In this document: positions 29,289 through 38,189 of the stretch, one piece after another
Numbering within the stretch: position 1 is the first letter of the stretch
Layout of the letters: each line of letters starts with the position of its first letter
Assembly (NCBI GenBank): GCA_964484795.1
Contig: CAZAFN010000004.1
Span: 13-64,012, forward strand
Direction of reading: 5' to 3'
Length of the DNA: 64,000 bases
From: an uncultured Alphaproteobacteria bacterium
GTDB lineage: Bacteria > Pseudomonadota > Alphaproteobacteria > Methylaequorales > Methylaequoraceae
Translations under genes and position numbers: made by a program
The notes under the pieces: model-generated
Told to the model about the DNA's origin: nothing
Databases searched by the model: none
The model's input: only the letters and a program-made list of their open reading frames with translations

Positions 29289-30938
29289 ATGAATATTACT
29301 AGAGAAAAAATGAATTATGATTTGCTTATCGTTGGAGCTGGCCCGTCAGGCCTTTCAGCGGCGATAAATTTTAAAAAGTTGTGTAAATTAAATAATAAAG
29401 AATTTAGTGTTTGTGTTGTTGAAAAAGGTTCTGAAGTGGGTGCGCATATACTATCTGGTGCTATATTAGAACCAACTGCACTGAATGAGCTTGTAGAAAA
29501 TTGGAAAGAAATTGAAGATTGTCCAGTTAAAACACCAGTAAAAAAAGAATCCCTTAGATATTTATCAAAGAGTAAATCATATAATTTTCCGAGTTTTTTA
29601 ATTCCAACAGCAATGCACAACAAAGGAAATTATATAATTTCTCTTGGGGCTTTCTGCAAATGGCTGGCGGGTGAGGCCGAGAGATTAGGAGTTGAAATTT
29701 ACCCTGGATTTACCGCCTCAGAGATTCTAATGATAGATGATAGTTTATCTGGAATAATTACAGGTGACTTAGGGGTGAAGAAAGATGGTCAACCTGGAGA
29801 GAATTTTCAACCGGGAATTGAGATTCATTCAAAATTCACTCTGTTTGCTGAAGGTTGTAGAGGTCATCTTGGGAAAAAAATAATGAAATCATTTGATTTG
29901 CGAAAAGATTCTCAACACCAAACCTATGGTATTGGTTTGAAGGAATTATGGGAAATTAAACCTGAAAATTCCAATCCAGGTGAAGTTTTACATACAATTG
30001 GTTGGCCATTGGATAATGATACATATGGAGGATCTTTTTTATATCATCTTTCAGAAAGTTTAGTTTCTGTTGGTTTCGTAATAGGATTAGATTACAAAAA
30101 CCCTTATCTTTCACCCTATGAAGAGTTTCAAAGATTTAAAACACATCCCAAAATAAGTGGAATTTTTAATGAAGGTAGAAGAATTTCTTACGGAGCTAGA
30201 GCTTTGAACGAGGGCGGGTGGCAATCATTACCAAAACTTTCCTTTCCAGGAGGAGCATTGATTGGTTGTGACGCTGGCACACTTAACACGCCGAAAATCA
30301 AAGGGACTCATACTGCTATGAAATCGGGGATGATTGCAGCAGAAGAGGTTTTTGATGAAATTAATAGTGGAAATCAAAACACAGAAATTAAGGATTTTCA
30401 AAAAAAATTTTTTAATTCATGGGCAGGTAAAGAGCTAAAATCTGCTAGAAATGTAAGACCTTCATTTAAATATGGACTCAAATTAGGTTTGATACTTTCA
30501 GGTCTTGACCAAACTCTTCTTAGAGGAAAAGCTCCTTGGACTCTAAATCACCCTGAACCTGACCATCTATCACTAAAAAAAAAGACTGATTCTAAAAAAA
30601 TTGATTATCCTAAGCATGATGGTGTTTTAACATTCGATAGGTTAACAAATGTTTCCTTTTCCTCAACCTACCATGAAGAAAACCAACCCTGCCATCTAAA
30701 AATTGAGGATCAGAGCATTCCAATTTCAAACAATTATGAATTTTTTGATTCTCCCGAGCAAAGATATTGTCCTGCTGGTGTTTACGAAATTTTAAATGAC
30801 AATGATGGTAACCCTCGTTTACAAATAAACTTTCAGAATTGCATTCACTGCAAAACATGTGACATCAAAGATCCAAAGCAAAATATTATATGGGTTTCAC
30901 CCGAAGGAGGAGGTGGGCCAAATTATACTAATATGTAA
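29289..30938 (+). CDS. etfD: Electron-transfer flavoprotein:ubiquinone oxidoreductase
   Basis: 549 aa with N-terminal FAD binding (LIVGAGPSGLSAA) and a C-terminal 4Fe-4S ferredoxin-like CPAGVY...CIHCKTCDIKDP. Confidence 0.9.
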   Translation: MNITREKMNYDLLIVGAGPSGLSAAINFKKLCKLNNKEFSVCVVEKGSEVGAHILSGAILEPTALNELVENWKEIEDCPVKTPVKKESLRYLSKSKSYNFPSFLIPTAMHNKGNYIISLGAFCKWLAGEAERLGVEIYPGFTASEILMIDDSLSGIITGDLGVKKDGQPGENFQPGIEIHSKFTLFAEGCRGHLGKKIMKSFDLRKDSQHQTYGIGLKELWEIKPENSNPGEVLHTIGWPLDNDTYGGSFLYHLSESLVSVGFVIGLDYKNPYLSPYEEFQRFKTHPKISGIFNEGRRISYGARALNEGGWQSLPKLSFPGGALIGCDAGTLNTPKIKGTHTAMKSGMIAAEEVFDEINSGNQNTEIKDFQKKFFNSWAGKELKSARNVRPSFKYGLKLGLILSGLDQTLLRGKAPWTLNHPEPDHLSLKKKTDSKKIDYPKHDGVLTFDRLTNVSFSSTYHEENQPCHLKIEDQSIPISNNYEFFDSPEQRYCPAGVYEILNDNDGNPRLQINFQNCIHCKTCDIKDPKQNIIWVSPEGGGGPNYTNM

Positions 30939-32538
30939 AAAATTCTTTTTAACACTGTTTTTTTTTCTCATTAGTTTCCAAGTTTTTTCAAAAGAAGCGG
31001 AAAAAAATAATTATGGAAATTATTTGTCTTGGAATTTTGCAAGACAAACAGGTGATGTAGACAGAATAAAGGACTTATTTGTAAATATTAAAATACATGA
31101 AATTGCCCCCAATTTGTTGGAGGAGGTTTTTTTTGAATCAGTCGTTTTCAACGAATGGTCGGAAGCCAGGAAAATTAGTGATTTTATTTTAAAACAAGAT
31201 GAGATTAATTTTACAGCCAATCTTTTTAACTTTGTTGATGAATTTTTAAAAAAAAATGATCAATCAAAGAAGTTTATAAAAAAAATAGATACAAACCATT
31301 TTGATTCTAATTTCATTAAAGTTTTATTATTATGGTCGTCAAATTCGATCAAAGAAATAGATGATATTAATAATAATATAGATTGTATTCCTCTAATCTG
31401 TCTGCATTCTGGAATTTTCTTAATGTTATCTAATGACAAGACTAAAGCTGAAAATTATTTCAACAAACTTCTACACAGTAAATTTGCGTCTTATAGAATT
31501 AAAGAATTATTATTAAATAATTACCTAGAACTAAAAAGATTTGATGTTGCTGAAAATATCTTAAATGATTTGAATGAATTGGAATTAAATTTTAAGAATT
31601 TAGATTCTAAGTATTTTTTAAAAAAAAGTTATTTTCTTAATCCAGTTTTAAATAACCAACATGGTTTGGCAGAAGTTTTTTATAATATTTCAAGTTGGTA
31701 TTATTCAAAAGATTTGTATAAATATGCTGCCTTTTTTGGAAAAATTGCACTTAGACTCCGTCCTGATTTTAATGCAATGAAATTGTTATTAGTTGGTTCT
31801 TATGAGAAATTAGGGTATAGGAAGCTAGCAATTGAATCTTTAAAAGGAATAAATGAAAATAATCTGTATTTTTTAAAATTTTTTAAAATAAAAATTTCTC
31901 TTTTTGAAGAAATATCAGAAAATGAAGAAATTTTGAATGATTTAAAAAAATTGGTAAAGAAATTCCCTAAAAATTTAGAAATGAAAATTTTACTTGCAGA
32001 CAAATTGAGATCAATTGGGGATTATAATGGATCAATTAAATATTACACTGAAATTATAGAGGATATAGTGGTTGATGATAAATGGAGTGTTTATTATTCT
32101 AGAGGTATAGCCTACGAACGTTCCAATCAATGGCAGGATGCAGAGAATGATTTGAAGCAAGCTCTTAAGCTAAAACCTAATGATCCTTATGTTTTAAATT
32201 ATTTGGCTTATAGTTGGTTGGATAGAAATACTAATGTAAATCAAGCATTGGAGTTACTTAAGATGGCTGTCGAAATTGAACCGAGTGATGCTTATATAAC
32301 AGATTCACTTGGTTGGGCATATTATCTTTCTGGGTTTATAGAAAAATCAATCTACTTTTTGGAAAAAGCAGTTTCGCTTTCTCCTAATGATTCAACATTA
32401 AATGACCATCTTGGTGACGCATATTGGAAAGCAGGAAGAACAAACGAAGCTTTGTCTCAATGGAAGAGGGTTCTTATTTTTGATCCGAGTTTTAAAAAAA
32501 AAGAATATGTTAGGCAAAAAATCGAAAAAGGACTCTAA
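30859..32538 (+). CDS. TPR-repeat exported protein
   Basis: 559 aa ORF with a signal-like FFLTLFFFLISFQVFS, then long TPR arrays. The C-terminal TPRs are YYSRGIAYERSNQWQDAENDLKQALKLKPND. The real start is probably near 30940, a non-ATG or internal start, because the ORF's 5' end overlaps the etfD 3' end. Confidence 0.65.
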   Translation: MTSKIQSKILYGFHPKEEVGQIILICKKFFLTLFFFLISFQVFSKEAEKNNYGNYLSWNFARQTGDVDRIKDLFVNIKIHEIAPNLLEEVFFESVVFNEWSEARKISDFILKQDEINFTANLFNFVDEFLKKNDQSKKFIKKIDTNHFDSNFIKVLLLWSSNSIKEIDDINNNIDCIPLICLHSGIFLMLSNDKTKAENYFNKLLHSKFASYRIKELLLNNYLELKRFDVAENILNDLNELELNFKNLDSKYFLKKSYFLNPVLNNQHGLAEVFYNISSWYYSKDLYKYAAFFGKIALRLRPDFNAMKLLLVGSYEKLGYRKLAIESLKGINENNLYFLKFFKIKISLFEEISENEEILNDLKKLVKKFPKNLEMKILLADKLRSIGDYNGSIKYYTEIIEDIVVDDKWSVYYSRGIAYERSNQWQDAENDLKQALKLKPNDPYVLNYLAYSWLDRNTNVNQALELLKMAVEIEPSDAYITDSLGWAYYLSGFIEKSIYFLEKAVSLSPNDSTLNDHLGDAYWKAGRTNEALSQWKRVLIFDPSFKKKEYVRQKIEKGL

Positions 32539-32551
32539 AATTATTGCTAAT

Positions 32552-33421
32552 ATGCTTTCAGAAGTAAAAAAAATATCTCCCGCCAAAATAAACTTGTATC
32601 TAGAGATTATAAATAAGAGAAGTGATGGTTACCATAATCTGGAAAGTTTAATGAGCTTTTGTGATTTTGGTGACGTCATTTCAGTCAAAAAGTCTAATGT
32701 TTTTCAATTAGATATAGTAGGACAGTTTAGCAAAAATTTGATTTCCAAAGATAATATAATTGTAGAGACGATAGAAAAATTACAAGATTTTTTTGATAGA
32801 GAATTTAAAGTTTATGTAAAGTTGACTAAGAATTTGCCAATATCATCAGGAATGGCTGGAGGATCCTCTAATGCCGCAACTTTAATTCGAGCTATAATTG
32901 ATCTGTATAAACTTAAAATTGAAAAAGAGCGAATCAATGAATTATTGATCTCAATTGGTTCAGATGTACCATTTTGTTTTTTTGGAAAAACAGCACTAGT
33001 TCAAGGTAAAGGAGAAAAAGTGAATTTTTTTTCAAAAGGTATTCCAGAGTTTTTTGTTCTTTTAGCAAACCCTAGACAACAAATTTCCACCAAAAAAATA
33101 TTTGAAAGACTTGAAATTAAATCAGTTAAAAGAAAAATGAATTCATTAGATTATTCTTCAGATGAAAATTTTGTACAACATATCAAAAACAGAAAAAATG
33201 ATTTAGAAATTCCTGCAATCAAACAGTGTAAAAAGATTTCTTATTTGTTAGATTTTTTTAATTCTCATACGGACTGTTTATTTAGTCGGATGACTGGTTC
33301 TGGTGCCACATGTTTTGCCGTATTCCAGACCAATAAGAAACTAATAAATGCTGAAAAAATTTTAAGGGAAAAGTTTAAAAATTACTGGATACAAAAAACT
33401 AAAATTGTAAATGAAATTTAA
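32552..33421 (+). CDS. ispE: 4-diphosphocytidyl-2-C-methyl-D-erythritol kinase
   Basis: GHMP kinase with PAKINLYL and SSGMAGGSSNAA motifs. The start is set at MLSEVKK. The longer ORF from 32402 overlaps the TPR gene. Confidence 0.85.
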   Translation: MLSEVKKISPAKINLYLEIINKRSDGYHNLESLMSFCDFGDVISVKKSNVFQLDIVGQFSKNLISKDNIIVETIEKLQDFFDREFKVYVKLTKNLPISSGMAGGSSNAATLIRAIIDLYKLKIEKERINELLISIGSDVPFCFFGKTALVQGKGEKVNFFSKGIPEFFVLLANPRQQISTKKIFERLEIKSVKRKMNSLDYSSDENFVQHIKNRKNDLEIPAIKQCKKISYLLDFFNSHTDCLFSRMTGSGATCFAVFQTNKKLINAEKILREKFKNYWIQKTKIVNEI

Positions 33422-33473
33422 GATATAATGGCTTGTATAAAAATCTAAAAATGTTTATGTTTTAATTTCAAGT

Positions 33474-33548
33474 TGGGGTGTGGCCAAGTGGTAAGGCACC
33501 GCTTTTTGGTAGCGGCATTCGTAGGTTCGAATCCTACCACCCCAGCCA
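33474..33548 (+). tRNA. tRNA-Gln (anticodon UUG)
   Basis: The cloverleaf was folded by hand. The acceptor TGGGGTG/CACCCCA has a U1:A72 pair and G73, which is the bacterial Gln identity. The anticodon stem is CCGCT/AGCGG with loop TTTTGGT. The T-arm is GTAGG-TTCGAAT-CCTAC, and the 3' CCA is encoded. Confidence 0.85.
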
Positions 33549-33559
33549 GTTGAAAAAAA

Positions 33560-34996
33560 ATGAATGAAAAAGTTAAGTCTTTAAAATCTATTTTTTTACT
33601 AATTGGATTCATTCTTTTTTTCATTCCTGACCTTTTCTTATTTACTGATAGTCTTGATTACAATGCTAAACTAACTCTTAGAATTATGATTGTGATGATC
33701 TTTTTTTGGTTAACCGAAACAATACCAACTTCAATCACTGCTCTGATTCCTATAATTGTATCACCATTTTATCTTGATCTAACTTTAAAAGAAATAATTG
33801 CACCGTATGCCAGTCCTGTTGTTTTTTTGCTGTTGGGGGGATTCATAATTGCCCTTGGTTTTGAAAAAAGTAATTTACATCAAAGAGTGGCTTTAAAAAC
33901 AATAATTACTTTTGGTAACACAAAAAAAAACCTGTTGTTTAGTTTTATTTTCTCAACTGCTTTTTTTAGTATGTGGCTTTCCAATACAGCTACTTGTCTG
34001 CTAATGCTACCAATTTTAAAATACATTATAGATAGCAATTTTAATACGGAGTATGACCAGTTATATTCTAAATTTCTTCTGCTATCTGTTGCCTATGCTT
34101 CATCCATTGGAGGGATGAGCACCCCAATTGGTACAATACCTAATGCAATATTAGTTGGTTTTTTAGCAGATAATCACAACCTTCAGATTGATTTTATTTC
34201 CTGGGTTATTGCTATTATGCCATTAGTATTATTGCTTTTGTTTTGTTTATGTTTTTTTTTCTCTTTAAAAGTAAAAAATCTTAACCAAAAAATTAATCTT
34301 GAAAATATATTCACAAAATATAGAAAATTAGGTAAATTTTCTTATCAAGAAAAAATATCAAATTTTATTTTATTTTTTACTGCATGTCTGTGGGTTTTTA
34401 AGCCATCAATAAATTCTTTTTTTACAATAGAACTTACAGACTCTAGCATTGCTATATTAGGAGCATTTCTATTTTTTTTGTTTCAATCAAAAGAAATTAA
34501 AGATGGGTCAATTCTAAATTTTAGTTGGTTTAAAGAAATACCATGGAATATTTTGATACTTTTTGGAGGAGGTCTAACACTTGCATCACTGGTTGTCTCA
34601 ACAGGTTTGGCTAGAGAACTATCAAGTTTCTTAAATTTTTTAGGAGATTTAAATTTATTTTTAATAATTTTAATTTCGGCTCTTTTTATTTCTATCCTAA
34701 CAGAGTTTACAAGTAATACAGCGACTACTTTCTTGCTTTTACCTATTTTTGGTTCATTTGCAGTTAACAATGATTTAAATGTTGTTCAGATAATGTTGCC
34801 TGGAGTATTGGCTGCAAGCTGTGCGTTTATGATGCCAATATCAACTCCTCCTAATGCTATAATATATTCTACCAATAGGATAAGAATTTCTTTTATGATC
34901 TCAACAGGCTTTTTAATGAATTTTTTCTCTGTTTTCTTAATTACTCTTTATATATATTTCTTAGGAAAATTTAATTTTATTTCTTTTAATTTGTAA
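33560..34996 (+). CDS. DASS-family (SLC13-like) Na+-coupled anion symporter
   Basis: 478 aa with about 12 or more TM helices, an internal repeat and SNTAT / PPNAI hairpin-tip motifs. Confidence 0.8.
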   Translation: MNEKVKSLKSIFLLIGFILFFIPDLFLFTDSLDYNAKLTLRIMIVMIFFWLTETIPTSITALIPIIVSPFYLDLTLKEIIAPYASPVVFLLLGGFIIALGFEKSNLHQRVALKTIITFGNTKKNLLFSFIFSTAFFSMWLSNTATCLLMLPILKYIIDSNFNTEYDQLYSKFLLLSVAYASSIGGMSTPIGTIPNAILVGFLADNHNLQIDFISWVIAIMPLVLLLLFCLCFFFSLKVKNLNQKINLENIFTKYRKLGKFSYQEKISNFILFFTACLWVFKPSINSFFTIELTDSSIAILGAFLFFLFQSKEIKDGSILNFSWFKEIPWNILILFGGGLTLASLVVSTGLARELSSFLNFLGDLNLFLIILISALFISILTEFTSNTATTFLLLPIFGSFAVNNDLNVVQIMLPGVLAASCAFMMPISTPPNAIIYSTNRIRISFMISTGFLMNFFSVFLITLYIYFLGKFNFISFNL

Positions 34997-36255
34997 TGAT
35001 GAATATAGCAATATTAGTAGATTTAGAATTAAATGAAAAATCTGGTGGACATGTAAAATTCTGGGAAAGAATATGTTTTGCCCTAAAGAATGAAAAAAAT
35101 GATTTTAATTTGACTGTCTATTTTTTAGGTAAAGAAAGAAGGTCAATAAGAATTAACCAAAACATTGATTTTAAGATTTTAAAGCCAGTTTTTTCTTCAA
35201 AGATTTTAAGATGTATTGGAATTGATGCGGATCACACAGATTTATCTCCAATTAATATTAAATTATTATTTCTACTCCAAAATTTTGATATTATCCATAC
35301 GACTGATCAGCTATTTACAATGTCTAAAACAGCTAAACTAGCATCAAAATTTTGGAAAATCCCTTTAACAACATCGTATCATACAGATACCCCTTCTTAC
35401 TCAAAATATTATGTGCAGAAAATTATAAATTATTTTCCAAATGTAATTTCTAATTTTTTTACAAAGAAAATTAATTTAGCTAACAAAGTTGAAAAAAAAC
35501 AAAAAAAGAAAATTTTAGATTATTTAATGCATTGTAAATATGCAATGATTGATCAATCTCTGTCTGATAAATCATTTAATATGGAAAAGATAAGTTCTTG
35601 CTCAGTTGAAAAGATGTCTAGGGGCGTGGATAAAAATATTTTCAAAAAGAAAAATTTTAATAAAGATTTATTTCTTAAGAAATATAAAATTCCAAGAAAA
35701 AACAAACTGATTTTTTTTTGTGGTAGAATTCACGAATTAAAGGGTTCTACTTTTTTGTCCAAAATCCACAAGTCATTGTCTAGAAACCTTGGGAACATTA
35801 CCACCGTTCTGGCAGGTGAGAATATTAATGGAGAAGAGTGCAAAAGTATTGGAGGAAAAGATTTGATAATTATAAAACATCTAGATCAAATAGAGGTTTC
35901 ATCTTTTCTGAATGTTTGCGATCTTTTTGTATTTCCTTCTCTATTTGAAACTGGACCACAGGTTGTTTTAGAGGCTAAATCATGTGAAGCTGTTTGCGTT
36001 GTTTCTCCTAGTGGTGGTGGTAGAAGAATTGAGAAAAATGGATTTGATGGTGTAATAATTAAAAGGTATATTTTAAAAGATTGGATATTGGAAATTGAAG
36101 ATCTTTTAAAAAACCCAAAAAGAATTAATTTTATAAAGAATAATTTAAGAAAAAATTTCAATCAGCCTTCCTGGAAAAAAGTATTTGAGATCTATTTTTT
36201 AGAGAAATGGAAAAAAATTTATAGCAAAAATGCAAATGACTTGAAAATGCATTAG
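34996..36255 (+). CDS. Glycosyltransferase family 4 (GT-B, retaining; PIG-A/MshA/BshA-like)
   Basis: 419 aa with a C-terminal EX7E motif (FETGPQVVLEA) and a Gly-rich donor-binding loop. Its ATG overlaps the DASS stop. Confidence 0.8.
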   Translation: MMNIAILVDLELNEKSGGHVKFWERICFALKNEKNDFNLTVYFLGKERRSIRINQNIDFKILKPVFSSKILRCIGIDADHTDLSPINIKLLFLLQNFDIIHTTDQLFTMSKTAKLASKFWKIPLTTSYHTDTPSYSKYYVQKIINYFPNVISNFFTKKINLANKVEKKQKKKILDYLMHCKYAMIDQSLSDKSFNMEKISSCSVEKMSRGVDKNIFKKKNFNKDLFLKKYKIPRKNKLIFFCGRIHELKGSTFLSKIHKSLSRNLGNITTVLAGENINGEECKSIGGKDLIIIKHLDQIEVSSFLNVCDLFVFPSLFETGPQVVLEAKSCEAVCVVSPSGGGRRIEKNGFDGVIIKRYILKDWILEIEDLLKNPKRINFIKNNLRKNFNQPSWKKVFEIYFLEKWKKIYSKNANDLKMH

Positions 36256-36271
36256 AGGTAGAATTTTTTCT

Positions 36272-37024
36272 ATGAAAAACATATTGTTTATTATTCCGCA
36301 TCCTGATGATGAAATTGTTGGATCGTGCCTTATGATTAGGAATTTTCTAATTAGTGGTAAAAGAATTGTAATTTTTTTCCTAACTAATGGAGTGCTGTCT
36401 AAAGAATCAATGTGGCCATGGAAAAAAAAAAAATATGAACAATTGTTAACTTTAAGAAAGAAAGAAATGACTGAGTCAGTAAATTTTTTAGGAGTGGATG
36501 ATTTTTTATTTCAAAATATTCCAACTAGAACATTAAAAGATAAGATTTCTGAAACTTATTTCAAGATTAAGAAAACAATTATATCCAAACAGATTGATAC
36601 TATTTTTTGTCCAACTTATGAGGGTGGGCACCAGGATCATGATGTGGCTAACTTTATTTGTTCAAGACTAAAAAAATTTTGCAAAGTTTTTGAATTTTCA
36701 GAATATAATTTTTTTGGAAATAAGATTAATTCCAATGTGTTTATCAAGAAAACAGAAAACCAAAAATGCATCGTGCTTTCTGAAAATGACAAGCTATATA
36801 AGTCGGAGGGGCTCAAACTTTATAATTCAGAAAAAGGTAATCTTGGTTATATATCTCTAAATCAAGAATGTTATAGACCATTAGAAAATTATGATTATTC
36901 AAAACCACCTCATAAAGGAGTCTTGTTCTATAGAAGATTTAGTTTTTTTTCATATCATCCTAGAGTTGATGGTGATAGACCTGAGCTTGTTTGTGATAAG
37001 TTAATCAAGTCAAAAATTTATTAA
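36272..37024 (+). CDS. PIG-L/LmbE-family N-acetylglucosaminyl deacetylase
   Basis: 250 aa with the IIPHPDDEIVG zinc-binding motif and a downstream HQDH. Confidence 0.8.
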   Translation: MKNILFIIPHPDDEIVGSCLMIRNFLISGKRIVIFFLTNGVLSKESMWPWKKKKYEQLLTLRKKEMTESVNFLGVDDFLFQNIPTRTLKDKISETYFKIKKTIISKQIDTIFCPTYEGGHQDHDVANFICSRLKKFCKVFEFSEYNFFGNKINSNVFIKKTENQKCIVLSENDKLYKSEGLKLYNSEKGNLGYISLNQECYRPLENYDYSKPPHKGVLFYRRFSFFSYHPRVDGDRPELVCDKLIKSKIY

Positions 37025-37026
37025 GA

Positions 37027-38010
37027 ATGAAAATTCTGGAGAAATTTAAAGTAATAATTTTTTTATCTCTAGGGATATTTATTTTCGTATGGGTTTATGA
37101 TTTTTTTGCGGGTCCTGAATCTCTTCAGTTGGTTTTAAACAACAAGGAAAAATTGATATTATTAGTTTTAGCTCACATACCAACATTATATTTTGATTCT
37201 CTTGCTTGGGTTATCTTGATAAGCCATAAAAAACTTTCTCTTTTCTGGGCTTTTATTATAACGTGGGTAGCACAAACTTCTGGGAAATTTCTTCCAACTG
37301 GCAATATAACTGGAGAATTTGTTAGAATTTATCTTGGAATTAAGAAGGGATTAACAACTACAGAAGCTTCATCTACAGTATTTGCTGATTTAGTGCTGGC
37401 TACTTTTTCATTATTTATAATATCTGCATTTAGCCTTAGTTTTATTTTAAGTGCTAATATGGATATATTGTACCATAATTATAATCTCTATTTATATTTT
37501 TCATTGTTCTTGATATTTGTTGCTTGTTTGTTTTTTTATTGGGGTGTTAGGAAAAGGATATTAAAATTTTGTCTAAGGAATTCATTCAGGGTTTTTAAAT
37601 TTAGTTTTAAAAAAAAAATTATCCTGAATTTGTTAAAGTTAGATTTTTCATTATTTAAACTTAGTTCACAAAAGGTTACAGTTTTAAAAGCATTGTTGGC
37701 AAGGCTTTTAGGCTGGATTGGCGGCGCATTTGAAATATATGTTTTTTTGTGGATTATTGGGTATGATGCAAGCCTTATGGATGTGATTTTGTTAGAGTCA
37801 TTTGCTAGTATAATTAGAGCAATCGCATTTTTTATTCCTGCTGGATTGGGAGTGCAGGAATTAGCTTTTGTGTTGGTTGGCGAATATGTGGGTTTGACTG
37901 GATCTATTGCATTTTCCTTGGCCATAGGAAGAAGACTCAGAGAAGTAATGGTTGGTGTGCCAGCCATAGTTGCGTGGTTTTTTCTATTTAATCAAAGAAG
38001 AAAACAATAA
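37027..38010 (+). CDS. UPF0104 / lysyl-phosphatidylglycerol-synthase TM-region (MprF flippase-domain-like) membrane protein
   Basis: 327 aa with about 8 TM helices. It resembles the flippase-type domain of MprF/HpnL-like proteins and starts 2 nt after the deacetylase gene. Confidence 0.6.
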   Translation: MKILEKFKVIIFLSLGIFIFVWVYDFFAGPESLQLVLNNKEKLILLVLAHIPTLYFDSLAWVILISHKKLSLFWAFIITWVAQTSGKFLPTGNITGEFVRIYLGIKKGLTTTEASSTVFADLVLATFSLFIISAFSLSFILSANMDILYHNYNLYLYFSLFLIFVACLFFYWGVRKRILKFCLRNSFRVFKFSFKKKIILNLLKLDFSLFKLSSQKVTVLKALLARLLGWIGGAFEIYVFLWIIGYDASLMDVILLESFASIIRAIAFFIPAGLGVQELAFVLVGEYVGLTGSIAFSLAIGRRLREVMVGVPAIVAWFFLFNQRRKQ

Positions 38011-38133
38011 AGTGATTAAAATTTGGACATATTTATTATTGCGTAAAATATAAGCAACCAAAATAAGCGCTAATATTTCTTAAATTAAAAATATATTAGT
38101 AAATTCAGTTATTTACATAAAAAAAAATTAATT

Positions 38134-38150
38134 TGGCACGTTTTATGCTT
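38134..38150 (+). promoter_or_regulatory. Candidate sigma-54 (-24/-12) promoter upstream of amtB
   Basis: TGGCACG-TTTTA-TGCT matches TGGCAC-N5-TTGC, with the GG and GC doublets 12 nt apart. It lies about 40 nt upstream of the amtB ATG. Confidence 0.4.
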
Positions 38151-38189
38151 CATTAATTTGTTAAACTAATTTATTGAAGGGAGTAAATT

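Noticed and set aside
30610-30858. 82-aa minus-strand ORF rich in Cys/His
   Set aside because: It is antisense to the ferredoxin-like C-terminus of ETF-QO. The Cys/His content mirrors that coding strand.
32402-32551. Long N-terminal extension of ispE overlapping the TPR gene
   Set aside because: The conserved IspE N-terminus (PAKINLYL) begins just after the ATG at 32552. The extension is unconserved and overlaps the upstream gene by about 140 nt.
33422-38189. Integrase or att-site direct repeat that would define a tRNA-Gln-anchored island
   Set aside because: No integrase or transposase gene is present. I could not identify a repeat of the tRNA 3' end by eye. The islet idea therefore rests only on gene content.
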